The notes: generated by a model from the letters alone, not told the origin. A stretch of DNA of 64,000 nucleotides from Pseudokineococcus basanitobsidens (GCF_037482545.1 NZ_JBBIAA010000001.1:321226-385225), one strand, 5' to 3'. Numbered from the stretch's first letter, positions 37,731-47,488 are shown. Numbers and translations: made by a program.

Positions 37731-38489
37731 TCAGCCGCGGTCGGGCAGGAGGGCCCGCAGCTGCCCGCGCGCGGCCAGGGCGCGGACGACGTCGCGGTAC
37801 TGCGCCGCGCGGTGCGCCTGCGCGCGCCACCCCCGGCCCGAGACCCGGTGCTGCAGCGCGCACGGCACCTCCACGACCCGCTGGCCGGCGCGCAGGAGGT
37901 CGACCGTCATCGCCGTCTCCACGCCCCAGCCGGGGGCGAGCGGGCGGGCGCTCTCGAACGCGTCGCGCGTGAGGCACCGCATGCCCGAGAGCGGCTGCGT
38001 CGGCGTCCAGCCCGTCGCCGCGAGGATCCCGCGGCGGGCGAGGCCGACCACGAGCCCGCGGCCCCCGCCCGGCGCGGACTGGCGGGGGAGCACGGCGATG
38101 CTGGCGTCGGCCGTCCCGGCCCGCACCGGTGCGGCGAGCGCGGCGGTGGCGGAGGCGGTCTCGCCGAGGTCGGCGTCCACGAGCAGCAGGGCCCGGGGGG
38201 TGCCCGTGGCCAGCGCGCGGCCGGCGGTGTCGTGGACGACGCCGGCCGGCGGGCGCTCGAGGTCGCGCACGAGGGCGCCGCCGCTCTCCAGCGCGGCGGC
38301 CTTGCCCCGGTTGCGGGGGTGGCGGACGACGCGGGCGCCGGCGGCGCGGGCGGTGACCGCGGTGCGGTCGGTGCTCCCGTCGTCCACGACGACGACGACG
38401 TCGACGCCATCGATCGAGCGGGCGGCCCGGACGGTCGCGGCGATCCGCTCCTCCTCGTCCTTGGCGGGGACCACGACGGCGAGGCGCAC
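37731..38489 (-). CDS. glycosyltransferase family 2 (polyprenol-phosphate sugar synthase-like)
   Basis: [12 protein letters not shown]...[12 protein letters not shown] and a DxD-region, typical of the GT2 Rossmann-like (GT-A) fold. Confidence 0.75.
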   Translation of the reverse strand: MRLAVVVPAKDEEERIAATVRAARSIDGVDVVVVVDDGSTDRTAVTARAAGARVVRHPRNRGKAAALESGGALVRDLERPPAGVVHDTAGRALATGTPRALLLVDADLGETASATAALAAPVRAGTADASIAVLPRQSAPGGGRGLVVGLARRGILAATGWTPTQPLSGMRCLTRDAFESARPLAPGWGVETAMTVDLLRAGQRVVEVPCALQHRVSGRGWRAQAHRAAQYRDVVRALAARGQLRALLPDRG

Positions 38490-38572
38490 GCGGGCACGCT
38501 ATCCGGCACGGCGAGGCCGCCGCCGTCGGTGGTCCGGCCCCGGCGGCCGGGCCCACGGCTAGCCTCCGCGCC

Positions 38573-39841
38573 ATGCCGGACCCGTCGTCCTCCTCGGCCC
38601 CCGACCACGCAGCGGCCTCGCGCGGCGTCGGCAGCGAGGTGGGCGCGCTGCGGACGGTCGTGCTGCACCGGCCCGGCCCCGAGCTGGCCCGGCTGACGCC
38701 GCGGAACAACGACCGCCTGCTCTTCGACGCGATCCCGTGGGTGGCACGGGCGCAGGAGGAGCACGACGCCTTCGCCGAGGTCCTGCGCGGGCGCGGCGTC
38801 GACGTCCTCTACCTCACGGACCTCATCGCCGAGGCGCTCGAGGTCCCCGCCGCCCGGGAGGAGTCGGTCGCTGCGGTGCTGGCCGACCCGTCGCTCGGGC
38901 GTTCCCTGGGGGGACGCGTGGGCGCGCACCTGCACTCGTTGGCGCCGGCGGACCTCGCCGACGCCCTCGTCGCCGGACTGCGCCTCGACGAGCTCGACGT
39001 CGCCCGCCCCGAGCGCGAGCCCGGTCTCGTGGCCGCGCTGCGCGCCGCGGGGGACTTCGTCGTCGAGCCGCTGCCGAACCTGCTCTTCACGCGTGACTCC
39101 TCGGCGTGGGTCGGCGGCTCCGTCGTCGTCTCGTCGCTGGCGATGCCGGCCCGGCACCGCGAGACGTCGCTGACGCGCGTCGTCTACGCCCACCACCCGC
39201 GCTTCGCCGGGACCGAGCTGCTCTACGAGCCCGGGCTCGAGCACGTCGAGGGCGGCGACGTCATGGTGCTCGCCGACGGCGTCCTCGCGGTCGGCACGGG
39301 GGAGCGGACGACGCCCGCGGGCGTGGAGCGCCTGGCGGAGCGGGCGTTCCGCAGCGGGGCGGCGCGGTGCGTCCTCGCGGTCCCCGTCGCCCAGGAGCGC
39401 GCGACCATGCACCTGGACACGGTCTGCACGATGGTCGACGTCGACCAGGTCGTGATGTACCCCTCGATCGCGCACTCCCTCGAGGCCTACGCGCTGACGC
39501 CCGTCGACGAGCACGACCCCGGGGCGGGGGTGCACGTCGGCGCCGCGCGGCCCTTCCTCGCCGCCGCCGCGCAGGCCATGGGCATCGACGAGCTGCGCGT
39601 CGTCGACACGGGCCTCGACGAGGTGACCGCCGAGCGCGAGCAGTGGGACGACGGCAACAACACCCTGGCGCTGGCGCCGGGCGTCGTCGTGGCCTACGAG
39701 CGCAACACCCGCACCAACGCGCGGCTCGCGGCGCACGGCGTCGAGGTCCTGCCCATCCGCGGCTCCGAGCTCGGGTCCGGCCGCGGCGGCCCCCGGTGCA
39801 TGAGCTGCCCGGTCGTGCGAGACCCGCTGCCGAGGACCTGA
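38573..39841 (+). CDS. arcA: arginine deiminase
   Basis: 422 aa ending in the catalytic-cysteine motif [18 protein letters not shown]. The amidinotransferase fold runs throughout. Confidence 0.85.
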   Translation: MPDPSSSSAPDHAAASRGVGSEVGALRTVVLHRPGPELARLTPRNNDRLLFDAIPWVARAQEEHDAFAEVLRGRGVDVLYLTDLIAEALEVPAAREESVAAVLADPSLGRSLGGRVGAHLHSLAPADLADALVAGLRLDELDVARPEREPGLVAALRAAGDFVVEPLPNLLFTRDSSAWVGGSVVVSSLAMPARHRETSLTRVVYAHHPRFAGTELLYEPGLEHVEGGDVMVLADGVLAVGTGERTTPAGVERLAERAFRSGAARCVLAVPVAQERATMHLDTVCTMVDVDQVVMYPSIAHSLEAYALTPVDEHDPGAGVHVGAARPFLAAAAQAMGIDELRVVDTGLDEVTAEREQWDDGNNTLALAPGVVVAYERNTRTNARLAAHGVEVLPIRGSELGSGRGGPRCMSCPVVRDPLPRT

Positions 39842-39861
39842 CCCGAGCCGGACGGCGCCGG

Positions 39862-40100
39862 GACGTCGCCGAGGTGTGGACGCGGCGGTCCGTTGTGCGC
39901 GAGAAGTCGCCGAAGTGCGGGTGGGGCGGTCTGTTGTGCGCGAGAAGTCGTCGAAGTGTGGGTGGGGCGGTCCGCTCAGCGCGAGAAGTCGTCGAAGTGC
40001 GGGTGGGGCGGTCTGTTGTGCGCGAGAAGTCGTCGAAGTGCGGGTGGGGCGGTCTGTTGTGCGCGAGAAGTCGTCGAAGTGCGGGTGGGGCGGTCGCCCC
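39862..40100. repeat. 41-bp tandem direct repeat, about 5.8 units (minisatellite)
   Basis: The unit gcgcgagaagtcgtcgaagtgcgggtggggcggtctgttgt recurs at 39896, 39937, 39978, 40019 and 40060 with occasional point changes, plus a degenerate leading copy. There are no intervening spacers and 41 is not a multiple of 3. It fills the convergent intergenic gap. Confidence 0.9.
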
Positions 40101-40101
40101 G

Positions 40102-41107
40102 TCAGCGCAGGGTGACCTGCCGGGAGACGACGCCCGCGCGGGCGCGGCGCTCGTCCAGGGTGAGCGGGTCGGTGACGGCCAGCGCCTCGTCGAGGGCGTC
40201 CCGCAGCGCGGCGGCCGGCTCCTCGACGTCGTCGGCGACCGCGCCGTGCGCCAGGTCCCACACGGGGACGACGAGGCCGTGGGAGCGGAAGGCACCGACG
40301 TACCGCGTGCCCTCGCCGAGGCCGTCGCGGCCCGCGGCGTGCAGCCGGGCGAGGGCGTCGAGCAGGGGTTCCTCGTCCTCGGTCATCGCCCAGCGCAGGT
40401 GGGTGCGCTCGCCGATCCGGCACCAGTAGGCGCCCTCGACGGTGGACAGCCGCTCCGTGGGCACGACGGCGGCGTCGGCCCGGGCCATGGACTCGCCGAC
40501 GACCCCCTCGGGCTCGGCGCCCTCGGGCAGCCAGAAGCCGAAGCCCTCGTGCACGCGGACGTCCAGCGGCCGCGAGAGGTCGAGGAGGTCCTGCAGCCGC
40601 GGGGTCGCCGGCGTGACGTCGGGCCGCTGCGCGAGCTCCTCGCCCGGCCCCAGGTCGAGGACGGCGAGGAGCGCGGCGGCGAGGTCGCGGCTCGGGTCGC
40701 CGCTGGAGCCCGGCGACTGCAGGCCCAGCATCCGCTCGCCGTCGGCCCGGTGCAGACCCGGCCAGGCCAGCGGCAGGATCGTCGCGAGCGTGACGTCGGC
40801 GCCCCCGTGCCCGTCGGCCGGGTGCCCGTCGGCCAGCTTCTCGGCGGGCAGGTTCTCAGCGGGCACGTGCAGCGACGCCGTCGCGGCCGGGACCACCTCG
40901 CGCAGGCAGACCCAGTCGGCCTCGCCGGGCAGGCCCTCGAACGGCCGGCGGACGATCTCCGTCGCCGCGGCGCGGGCGGCGCGCCCGTGGCACAGCTTGT
41001 AGCGCTTGCCCGACCCGCACGGGCAGGGCTCGCGGGGGCCGACGACGGGCACGTCCTGCACCGCGGTCGGGCCGGTCGGGCGTCGTGCGGGGGACCTCTT
41101 CGCCATG
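40102..41107 (-). CDS. SEC-C motif ([14 protein letters not shown]) domain protein, DUF5926-like
   Basis: The N-terminus carries a SEC-C zinc-binding motif and the remainder is a conserved actinobacterial domain of unknown function. The maximal ORF runs to 41259. Confidence 0.65.
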
Positions 41108-41171
41108 GGCGCGACCCTACGCAGCCCGCGCGACGCGCCCGACCTCCCGGACAGGCCTCGGAGGACCGGCC

Positions 41172-41639
41172 TTAGAGGACGGGGCGTCGCCGGCGGGTCG
41201 GTCCGCCGAGGGCGGCCCAGACGGTGCGGCGCCCCTCGTCGTCCTCGACGACCCCCCACTCGTGGGCGAGGGAGCGCACGATCCGCAGGCCGCGCCCGGA
41301 CGTCGCGAGCGGGGAGGGGCGCTGGGGGCGGACCTCCTGGGGTGACCCGCCGTCGGTGACCTCGACGTCGACGACGTCGCCGCGGACCTGCCAGCGCACG
41401 AGCACGCGGCCGTCCTCGTCCGGCCGCGCGTGGCGCAGCGCGTTGCCGAGCAGCTCGCTGACGACGACGCTCACCTCGTGCGCCAGGTCGTCGTCTACCC
41501 GGCCGGCCACGTCGGCGGTGACGGTGCGCCGGGCGACGGGCACGGCGCCCGGGCGGTGGGCGACGGCGACGGCGCGGGCGTCGCCCCGCTGCCGCGAGTC
41601 GAGGACCGCCGGTGCGGTCGTCGGCGTGGCCACGGACAT
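41172..41639 (-). CDS. HATPase_c anti-sigma regulatory factor (RsbW-like Ser/Thr kinase)
   Basis: [24 protein letters not shown]...TDGG...SGRGLRIV is a GHKL ATPase signature. 155 aa from the ATG at 41639. Confidence 0.6.
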   Translation of the reverse strand: MSVATPTTAPAVLDSRQRGDARAVAVAHRPGAVPVARRTVTADVAGRVDDDLAHEVSVVVSELLGNALRHARPDEDGRVLVRWQVRGDVVDVEVTDGGSPQEVRPQRPSPLATSGRGLRIVRSLAHEWGVVEDDEGRRTVWAALGGPTRRRRPVL

Positions 41640-41769
41640 GGGTGCCTCCAGGGATCGCGCGCAGGGAGGGTCCCTGCCGAGGACCTGCCGACCTCGGTCG
41701 CCGTCCTCCGCGGGACAGACTGGACCCCGTGGCGCCGACCGGTCCAGCCCCCCGGAGCCCAGGGGAGAG

Positions 41770-41799
41770 GCGGGCGCGGGCGCGGGCGCGGGCGCGTGC
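41770..41799. repeat. GCGGGC hexamer x4-5 in divergent intergenic region
   Basis: Read directly. Lies between the RsbW-like gene and the sigma-factor gene. Confidence 0.7.
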
Positions 41800-41916
41800 G
41801 AGGACGGGGACACGGGCGCGGGCACGGACGGGCGCCGGGACGCCGCAGCCCCGGACGGCGGGCGCCGCCGTCCCACCACCCCCTCACACGGCGCGGGCGC
41901 CGCGCGTCCTCCTCCC

Positions 41917-42444
41917 GTGAGCGCACCCCCCTTCGCCCTCCTCGTCGAGGAGCACTGGCGCGACGTCGCCCGGCTCGCCCGGGCGCTCGCCGGCCCGGTC
42001 GACGGCGACGACGTCGCCCAGCAGGCGTGGGCGCAGGCGCTGGCGGCCTACCCGCCGGCGGGCCCGTTGCGCGACCCCCGCGCCTGGTTGCTCGTCATCA
42101 CGAGCCGCTGCGCGACCGACGTCCACCGCGCCCGGGCGCGGCGGCCGACGCCCGTGGAGGAGGTCCCCGACGTGCCCGCCGGCGGGGCGGACCCCGCGCT
42201 CGGGGAGCTCGCGGAGGCCGACCCGGTCCTGTGGGACGCCGTCCGCGCGCTCCCCGGGCGGCAGCGGACGGCGCTGGTGCTGCGGTACGTGGCGGACCTG
42301 GACCACGCGGGCGTCGCCGTCGCCCTCGGGACGACGCCGGGCGCGACACGGCGCCTGGTCAGCGACGCGCTCGGTGCGCTGCGCCGGGCGCTGGCGGAGG
42401 AGCAGGACGTGGACGGACGGACGACGAGCAGGAGGAGCCGGTGA
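41917..42444 (+). CDS. ECF-type RNA polymerase sigma factor
   Basis: Sigma-70 region 2 (DDVAQQAWAQA) and region 4 (RQRTALVLRYVADLDHAGVAVALGTTPGATRRLVSDALGALR). GTG start. Confidence 0.65.
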   Translation: MSAPPFALLVEEHWRDVARLARALAGPVDGDDVAQQAWAQALAAYPPAGPLRDPRAWLLVITSRCATDVHRARARRPTPVEEVPDVPAGGADPALGELAEADPVLWDAVRALPGRQRTALVLRYVADLDHAGVAVALGTTPGATRRLVSDALGALRRALAEEQDVDGRTTSRRSR

Positions 42445-43151
42445 CGACCCACGAGACGACGGGCGGGCCGACCGAGGGGCCGACCGAGGGGCCGACGGAG
42501 GGGCCGACGCGGGGGCAGGGCCCGCTCCCGCGGACCGCGGACGTCGAGGCGCGCCTGCGGGCCGACCGTGGTGCGCCGCTGCGGCGTCCACGGGTCCCGG
42601 TGACCGCCGAGGACGGGGCGGACGTCGCGTTCGCGGTGCGGGAGACCGAGATCGGGCGCGTGCTCCTGGCGGTAGGACCGGCGGGGGCGCTCGTGGCCTC
42701 CACCTTCGTCGCGGACGACGTCGCGCTCGAGCGGGTGCTGCGGCGTCTCGCGGACGCCGTCTCGCCCCGCGTCGTCGAGGCGCCGGGGCGGACGTCCGCG
42801 GTCGCCGACCAGCTGGCCGAGTACCTCGCGGGCGAGCGGCGCGGCTTCGACGTCGTCGTCGACCTCGCGCTCGCGACCCCCTTCCAGCGCGGGGTCCTCG
42901 AGCGCCTCCGCGGGGTCGGCTACGGGCAGCGGACGACGTACGGCGCGATCGCCCGCGACCTGGGACGTCCGAGCGCCTCCCGTGCCGTGGGCGCCGCGCT
43001 CGGCGCCAACCCCGTCTGCGTCGTCGTGCCGTGCCACCGCGTCGTCGCGGGCAGCGGTGCCCTCACCGGGTACGCCGGCGGGCTCGAGGCGAAGCGGCGC
43101 CTGCTCGGTCTCGAGCGGGGCCCGGAGGCGGCGCCGGCGTCGCCTGCCTAG
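42441..43151 (+). CDS. ogt: methylated-DNA--protein-cysteine methyltransferase
   Basis: The C-terminal PCHRVV active-site motif and the Ogt N-domain are present. There is an N-terminal (TEGP)3 extension of about 40 aa. GTG overlaps the sigma-factor stop (GTGA). Confidence 0.8.
   Translation: MTTHETTGGPTEGPTEGPTEGPTRGQGPLPRTADVEARLRADRGAPLRRPRVPVTAEDGADVAFAVRETEIGRVLLAVGPAGALVASTFVADDVALERVLRRLADAVSPRVVEAPGRTSAVADQLAEYLAGERRGFDVVVDLALATPFQRGVLERLRGVGYGQRTTYGAIARDLGRPSASRAVGAALGANPVCVVVPCHRVVAGSGALTGYAGGLEAKRRLLGLERGPEAAPASPA
42468..42515 (+). repeat. 12-bp tandem repeat x4 encoding (TEGP)n
   Basis: ccgaccgagggg units, in-frame in the ogt N-terminal extension. Confidence 0.8.
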
Positions 43152-43208
43152 CGTGCCGGGCGAGGTGCGGTGTCCCGACGCCGCACGTGGCCCGGCGAGA
43201 GGACGACC

Positions 43209-43499
43209 GTGAGCGAGCAGCCCGACGTAACCCCCGACCCCGACGCGGAGCCGTCCGCGGCGGTGACGCCCGGTGCGGGCGACGACGACCGGGCCGACGA
43301 CCGGGCCGACGACCGGGCCGACGACCGGGCCGACGACCCGGGCGCCCGGCCGGTGGACGAGGACGCCCCCGACGTCACCCAGCACGTCGGGCGCGACGAG
43401 TCCGTCGAGCGGGTCGGCGACGAGGACGCCTACGAGCGGGCCGAGGGGCGCGCCGGTGCCACGGGCGCCACGGGCGTCGCCCCGCCGACCCGGCCGTGA
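43209..43499 (+). CDS. small acidic low-complexity protein (hypothetical)
   Basis: GTG is preceded by GAGAGGA. High GC3 in this frame. Contains a (DDRA)4 repeat. 96 aa. Confidence 0.35.
   Translation: MSEQPDVTPDPDAEPSAAVTPGAGDDDRADDRADDRADDRADDPGARPVDEDAPDVTQHVGRDESVERVGDEDAYERAEGRAGATGATGVAPPTRP
43284..43343 (+). repeat. 12-bp tandem repeat x5 gacgaccgggcc encoding (DDRA)n
   Basis: Read directly. Confidence 0.8.
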
Positions 43500-43567
43500 G
43501 CGCGCCGGGCCGCCGACCCGTCGCGGGCTGAGGTGCGGGGGCGCGCGTCGGCGGGGAGCCTCGGGCC

Positions 43568-44635
43568 ATGTCCGCAGCGACCGACCAGACCACCGCGACC
43601 AGCCCCGCCGAGACCGCCCGCGCGGTCGTCTACACCGAGCACGGCGACCCCGACGTCCTGACCCTCCTCGCCCGGCCCGTCGACGCGCCCGGCCCGGGCG
43701 AGGTGCGCGTGCGGGTCCACCGCTCGGGGGTCAACCCGACCGACTGGAAGTCCCGCCGTGGGCGCGGGCCGGGGCCGGTCGACCCGCCGCAGGTGCCCGG
43801 CCAGGACGGCGCCGGCGTCGTCGACGCCGTGGGCGAGGGCGTTCCCGCGAGCCGGGTCGGCGAGCGGGTCTGGGTCTGGGAGGCCGCCTACGGCCGTCCG
43901 GGGGGCACCGCACAGGAGTACGCCAGCGTCCCGGCGGTGCAGGCGGTCCCCCTGCCCGACGAGGCCTCGTTCGACCTCGGGGCCAGCCTCGGCATCCCGT
44001 TCCTCACGGCGCACCGCTGCCTCACCGTGACCGAGGACGGGCCCCAGCGGCTCGGCCCCGGGACCCTGCGCGACCGGGTCGTCCTCGTCGCCGGGGGAGC
44101 GGGGGCCGTCGGCAACGCGGCGATCCAGCTCGCGCGGTGGTCCGACGCGACCGTCATCACGACCGTCAGCAGCGCCGAGAAGGCCCAGCACGCCGCGGCC
44201 GCCGGGGCCGACCACGTCGTCGACTACACGACGCAGGACGTCGCCGCCGTCGTGCGCGGCATCGCGCCGGACGGCGTGCACACGGTGGTGGAGGTCAACC
44301 CGTCGGCGAACGCCGCGCTCGACGCGGCCGTGCTGGCTCCCGGTGGCTCGGTCGCGGTCTACGCGAACGACGGCGGCGACGAGGTCACGTTCCCCGTCCT
44401 CGGGATGATGCCCGTCAACGCCCGCTGGCAGTTCGTACTCGTCTACACCGAGCCCCGCGAGGCGAAGCTGCGCGCCGTCGACGACCTGGCGGCCGCCGTC
44501 GCCGCCGGAGCCGTCCGGGTCGGCGCCGTCGCCGGGCTCCCGCTGCACCACCACCCGCTGGCGAGCACGGCGGAGGCGCACGCCGCCGTCGAGGGCTCGG
44601 CGGTCGGCAAGGTGCTCGTCGACGTCGTCGAGTAG
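43568..44635 (+). CDS. NADPH:quinone oxidoreductase / zinc-binding dehydrogenase (MDR) family
   Basis: GroES-like N-terminal domain plus a Rossmann fold (VVLVAGGAGAVGNAAIQLAR). Confidence 0.8.
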   Translation: MSAATDQTTATSPAETARAVVYTEHGDPDVLTLLARPVDAPGPGEVRVRVHRSGVNPTDWKSRRGRGPGPVDPPQVPGQDGAGVVDAVGEGVPASRVGERVWVWEAAYGRPGGTAQEYASVPAVQAVPLPDEASFDLGASLGIPFLTAHRCLTVTEDGPQRLGPGTLRDRVVLVAGGAGAVGNAAIQLARWSDATVITTVSSAEKAQHAAAAGADHVVDYTTQDVAAVVRGIAPDGVHTVVEVNPSANAALDAAVLAPGGSVAVYANDGGDEVTFPVLGMMPVNARWQFVLVYTEPREAKLRAVDDLAAAVAAGAVRVGAVAGLPLHHHPLASTAEAHAAVEGSAVGKVLVDVVE

Positions 44636-44653
44636 CCCGGGCACGCACCGACG

Positions 44654-44695
44654 AGCGGGGTGGCCGGAGGGCCACGACGACCTGCGGCCACCCCG
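44654..44695. terminator. 12-bp-stem hairpin GCGGGGTGGCCG-N18-CGGCCACCCCGC (bidirectional terminator candidate)
   Basis: Perfect inverted repeat in the convergent gap between the quinone oxidoreductase gene (+) and the GH172 gene (-). Confidence 0.55.
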
Positions 44696-44723
44696 CCCTG
44701 CGCCCTCGGTCCTCCGCCCTCGG

Positions 44724-45788
44724 TCAGGGCAGCCGCTGCTCCACGGGCGCGAGGCCGAAGGGCACGTGCGGCAGCTCCTGGTACCAGTAGGCGACCGAGG
44801 AGAGGTCGTCGCTGCGCCGGTTGGCGTGCCCGTGCTCGATGCTCACCCGGATCGAGCGGGTGAAGGGCACGGGGTCCTCGACGTGGAACCGGTACACCGA
44901 GATCTGCCCCGACCAGTTCGGCCCGCCCGGCAGCGTGATGCCGTGGTACGGCGCGCTGTAGGGCTCCGAGGGGCACCACGCGGTGTTCACGTAGTCCTCC
45001 GTGCCGGTCCCGTGCAGGGACGGCGGGAAGGGCTCGTCGTCGACGAAGATCATGTCGTCGCCCTCGCCGTACCAGTTGCCCTCGTCGGTCTCGCGGAGGT
45101 TGACGACGTTGAGCACGCAGCCGACGTAGTGCCCCCGGCCGCGCGCCTCGAGGATGGTGTAGTTCTCCGCCCCGGACAGGTTGGTGCCGCCGAACTGCAC
45201 CTCGTCGTTGGTCAGCCCCTGCTCGGAGATCCCCGGCGTCGGGTTGACCCGGCGCCACTGCGCGTGGAAGCGGCCGAGTCCCTCCTCGAGCTCGTCCAGC
45301 TCGTCGTAGTCGACGTAGTAGTAGACCCACATGTCCTGCTGCTCGCACTCGCTCACCAGCTCGAAGCGCGCGCCGTCGGAGAACGGCATGTGGAACCAGG
45401 AGTTGAAGCCCTTGCCGTCCTGCGGGCTCATCTGCAGCGGCGCCGAGACGAAGTTCGTCGTCCGGGCGTGGCCGACGCCGAAGAAGTCCCCGAGCGGCAC
45501 GAGGACGCTCGGGTGCTCGGCGCCGTCCCACGTGACCCGCAGCACGAGACGCCGCAGGTAGTCGGCGTCCGTGCCGGCGTCGAACCCGGCGGGGGCGACC
45601 GTCATCCAGACGTGGTTCACCGAGCCCGCGCCCGCGATGTCGGCGAGCACGACCGTCTCGCCGGGGCGCACCGTCACCCGGTCGTCGTTGCCGCCCGTGC
45701 GGTCCCAGCTGGACGCGCGGCGACGGCGCGAGGTCCGCAGCCGCGGCAGGTCCCGCAGGCTGCTGCCGAAGGTGCCGTATCCCGTCAT
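44724..45788 (-). CDS. GH172 / DUF2961 family glycoside hydrolase (second paralog)
   Basis: 354 aa with RVTWDGAEHPSVLVPLGDFFGVGH and HGTGTEDYVNTAW. Its ATG lies 1 nt after the sulfatase stop. Confidence 0.8.
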   Translation of the reverse strand: MTGYGTFGSSLRDLPRLRTSRRRRASSWDRTGGNDDRVTVRPGETVVLADIAGAGSVNHVWMTVAPAGFDAGTDADYLRRLVLRVTWDGAEHPSVLVPLGDFFGVGHARTTNFVSAPLQMSPQDGKGFNSWFHMPFSDGARFELVSECEQQDMWVYYYVDYDELDELEEGLGRFHAQWRRVNPTPGISEQGLTNDEVQFGGTNLSGAENYTILEARGRGHYVGCVLNVVNLRETDEGNWYGEGDDMIFVDDEPFPPSLHGTGTEDYVNTAWCPSEPYSAPYHGITLPGGPNWSGQISVYRFHVEDPVPFTRSIRVSIEHGHANRRSDDLSSVAYWYQELPHVPFGLAPVEQRLP

Positions 45789-45789
45789 G

Positions 45790-47265
45790 TCAGCTGCTCC
45801 TGCTCTCGGTGGGGGCCTCGGTGATGCCGGCCGGGACCGGCTGGCTGGGGTGCGGCACGTCGCCGAGCTCGTGCTGCCGGCGCCACATCCGCGCCTCGAG
45901 ATCGCGCCGCACGTCGGCGTAGGCCGGGTCGTCGGCGACGTTGCGCACCTCGTCCGGGTCCTCGGCGAGGTCGTAGAGCTCCCACTCCGGCGGGAAGGTC
46001 CCCGGTCCGGTGCCCGGGAGCCCCATGCCGTCGTTGTAGAAGTAGATGAGCTTGTACCGCTCGGTGCGGAACCCGTAGTGCGCCAGGGCGTGGTGGATCG
46101 GGTCGTCGTTCTCGTAGTAGCGGTAGTACATGCCGTCGACCTCCGGCTCCGGGTCCCCGCCGGTGAGGTCGGCCCAGAAGCTGCGCCCGTGCATCCGCGG
46201 GTGCGGCGCGACGCCGACGGCCTCGAGGACCGTCTGGGCGATGTCCACGTTCGTCACCGTGCCCGCGTGGACGGTGCCCGGGGGGACCGCCCGCGGGTAG
46301 GAGAGCACGAAGGGCATCCGCAGCGACTCCTCGTACATGAACCGCTTGTCGTACCAGCCGTGGTCGCCGAGGAAGAAGCCCTGGTCGGAGGTGTACACCA
46401 GCAGCGTGTCGTCGAAGAGCCCCCGTTCGCGCAGCCGGTCGGTGATTCGCCCGACGTTGTCGTCGACCGAGGCGACGCAGCGCAGGTAGTCCTCCATGTA
46501 GCGCTGGTACTTCCAGAGCGTCAGCTCCTCGCCGGACAAGCCTTCCGGCGGGTCTTGCTTGAGGTCGACGGGGTAGAGGTGGTCGGCGATCGTCATCGCC
46601 TGGTGCCGGGCGGCGAGCGACCTCGTCTCCCAGCCCGTGTCCCCGTCGTGGAAGGTCGCCGGCACCGGGATCGGGTCGGTGTACATGTCCGCGTGCTTCG
46701 CGTCGGGGAACCAGGAGCGGTGCGGCGCCTTGTGGTGGACGAGGACGCACCACGGCGCGTCGCCGCCGAGGCCGTCCAGCCACTCGAGCGCGAGGTCGGT
46801 GATGACGTCGGTGGCGTAGCCGGGCCGCGTGACCATGCCCTCGGGGGTGCGGAACTCGGGGTCGACGTACCGACCCTGGTCGAGCAGCACCTCCCACCGG
46901 TCGAACGACTGCGGGTCGTGGCCCTCCCCGTGGCCGAGGTGCCACTTGCCGAAGACCGCCGTGCGGTAGCCGGCCTCCTTGAGCAGCGACACGAAGGTGG
47001 GCTGGCTCGCGTCGATCGGCGTCGACAGCGTCGTCACGCCGTTCACGTGGCTGTAGGTGCCCGTGAGGATCGAGGCGCGGCTCGGGGTGCAGATCGAGTT
47101 GGTGCAGAAGCAGCTCTCCAGGAGCGCACCCGCGCGGGCGATCTCGTCGATGCGCGGGGTCTCGTTGACGACCGAGCCGTACGCGCCGACGGCGTGCGCG
47201 GCGTGGTCGTCGGTGAGCACCACGACGACGTTCGGGCGGCGGTTGGGCGCCTGGTCCTGGGGCAC
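45790..47265 (-). CDS. sulfatase (formylglycine-dependent arylsulfatase family)
   Basis: Sulfatase signature CTPSRASILTG and GKWHLG. GTG at 47265 with a GGACGAGGAGG Shine-Dalgarno. The maximal ORF begins inside the palindrome at 47361. Confidence 0.8.
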   Translation of the reverse strand: MPQDQAPNRRPNVVVVLTDDHAAHAVGAYGSVVNETPRIDEIARAGALLESCFCTNSICTPSRASILTGTYSHVNGVTTLSTPIDASQPTFVSLLKEAGYRTAVFGKWHLGHGEGHDPQSFDRWEVLLDQGRYVDPEFRTPEGMVTRPGYATDVITDLALEWLDGLGGDAPWCVLVHHKAPHRSWFPDAKHADMYTDPIPVPATFHDGDTGWETRSLAARHQAMTIADHLYPVDLKQDPPEGLSGEELTLWKYQRYMEDYLRCVASVDDNVGRITDRLRERGLFDDTLLVYTSDQGFFLGDHGWYDKRFMYEESLRMPFVLSYPRAVPPGTVHAGTVTNVDIAQTVLEAVGVAPHPRMHGRSFWADLTGGDPEPEVDGMYYRYYENDDPIHHALAHYGFRTERYKLIYFYNDGMGLPGTGPGTFPPEWELYDLAEDPDEVRNVADDPAYADVRRDLEARMWRRQHELGDVPHPSQPVPAGITEAPTESRSS

Positions 47266-47345
47266 GGTGCCTCCTCGTCCTCGAGGGTCCGGCCGCCGGT
47301 CGTGACGGTCGGGTCGGTGGGTGGGGACGACGTCCCCGGCCGGAA

Positions 47346-47361
47346 ATGTACGCGCATACAT
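47346..47361. promoter_or_regulatory. 16-bp palindrome ATGTACGCGCATACAT (one mismatch) in divergent promoter region
   Basis: Lies between the sulfatase gene (-) and the sugar-phosphate isomerase gene (+). Near-identical to 50789..50804. Confidence 0.5.
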
Positions 47362-47488
47362 CGGTGTCCACGGCCAGGGCGGGCGAGGTCCGGGAGGGGA
47401 TTGACACCGCGTCCGCCGTGGTGGTCACCTGCGGCCTGCCGCGAGCCGTGCGGCGGGGACGTCGACGCGCGAGGGAGCCGGGTGGGCC

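Noticed and set aside
39862-40100. Possible CRISPR array (regular repeats of about 41 bp).
   Set aside because: The units are directly adjacent with no unique spacers. There is no leader or cas gene nearby, and repeat identity decays only at the ends. This is a minisatellite, not a CRISPR.
39876-40115. 79-aa ORF with an internally repetitive peptide (VGRSVVREKSSKCGWGG x3).
   Set aside because: It is the translation of the 41-bp tandem repeat. The periodicity drifts frame every unit, so only chance lack of stops creates the ORF.
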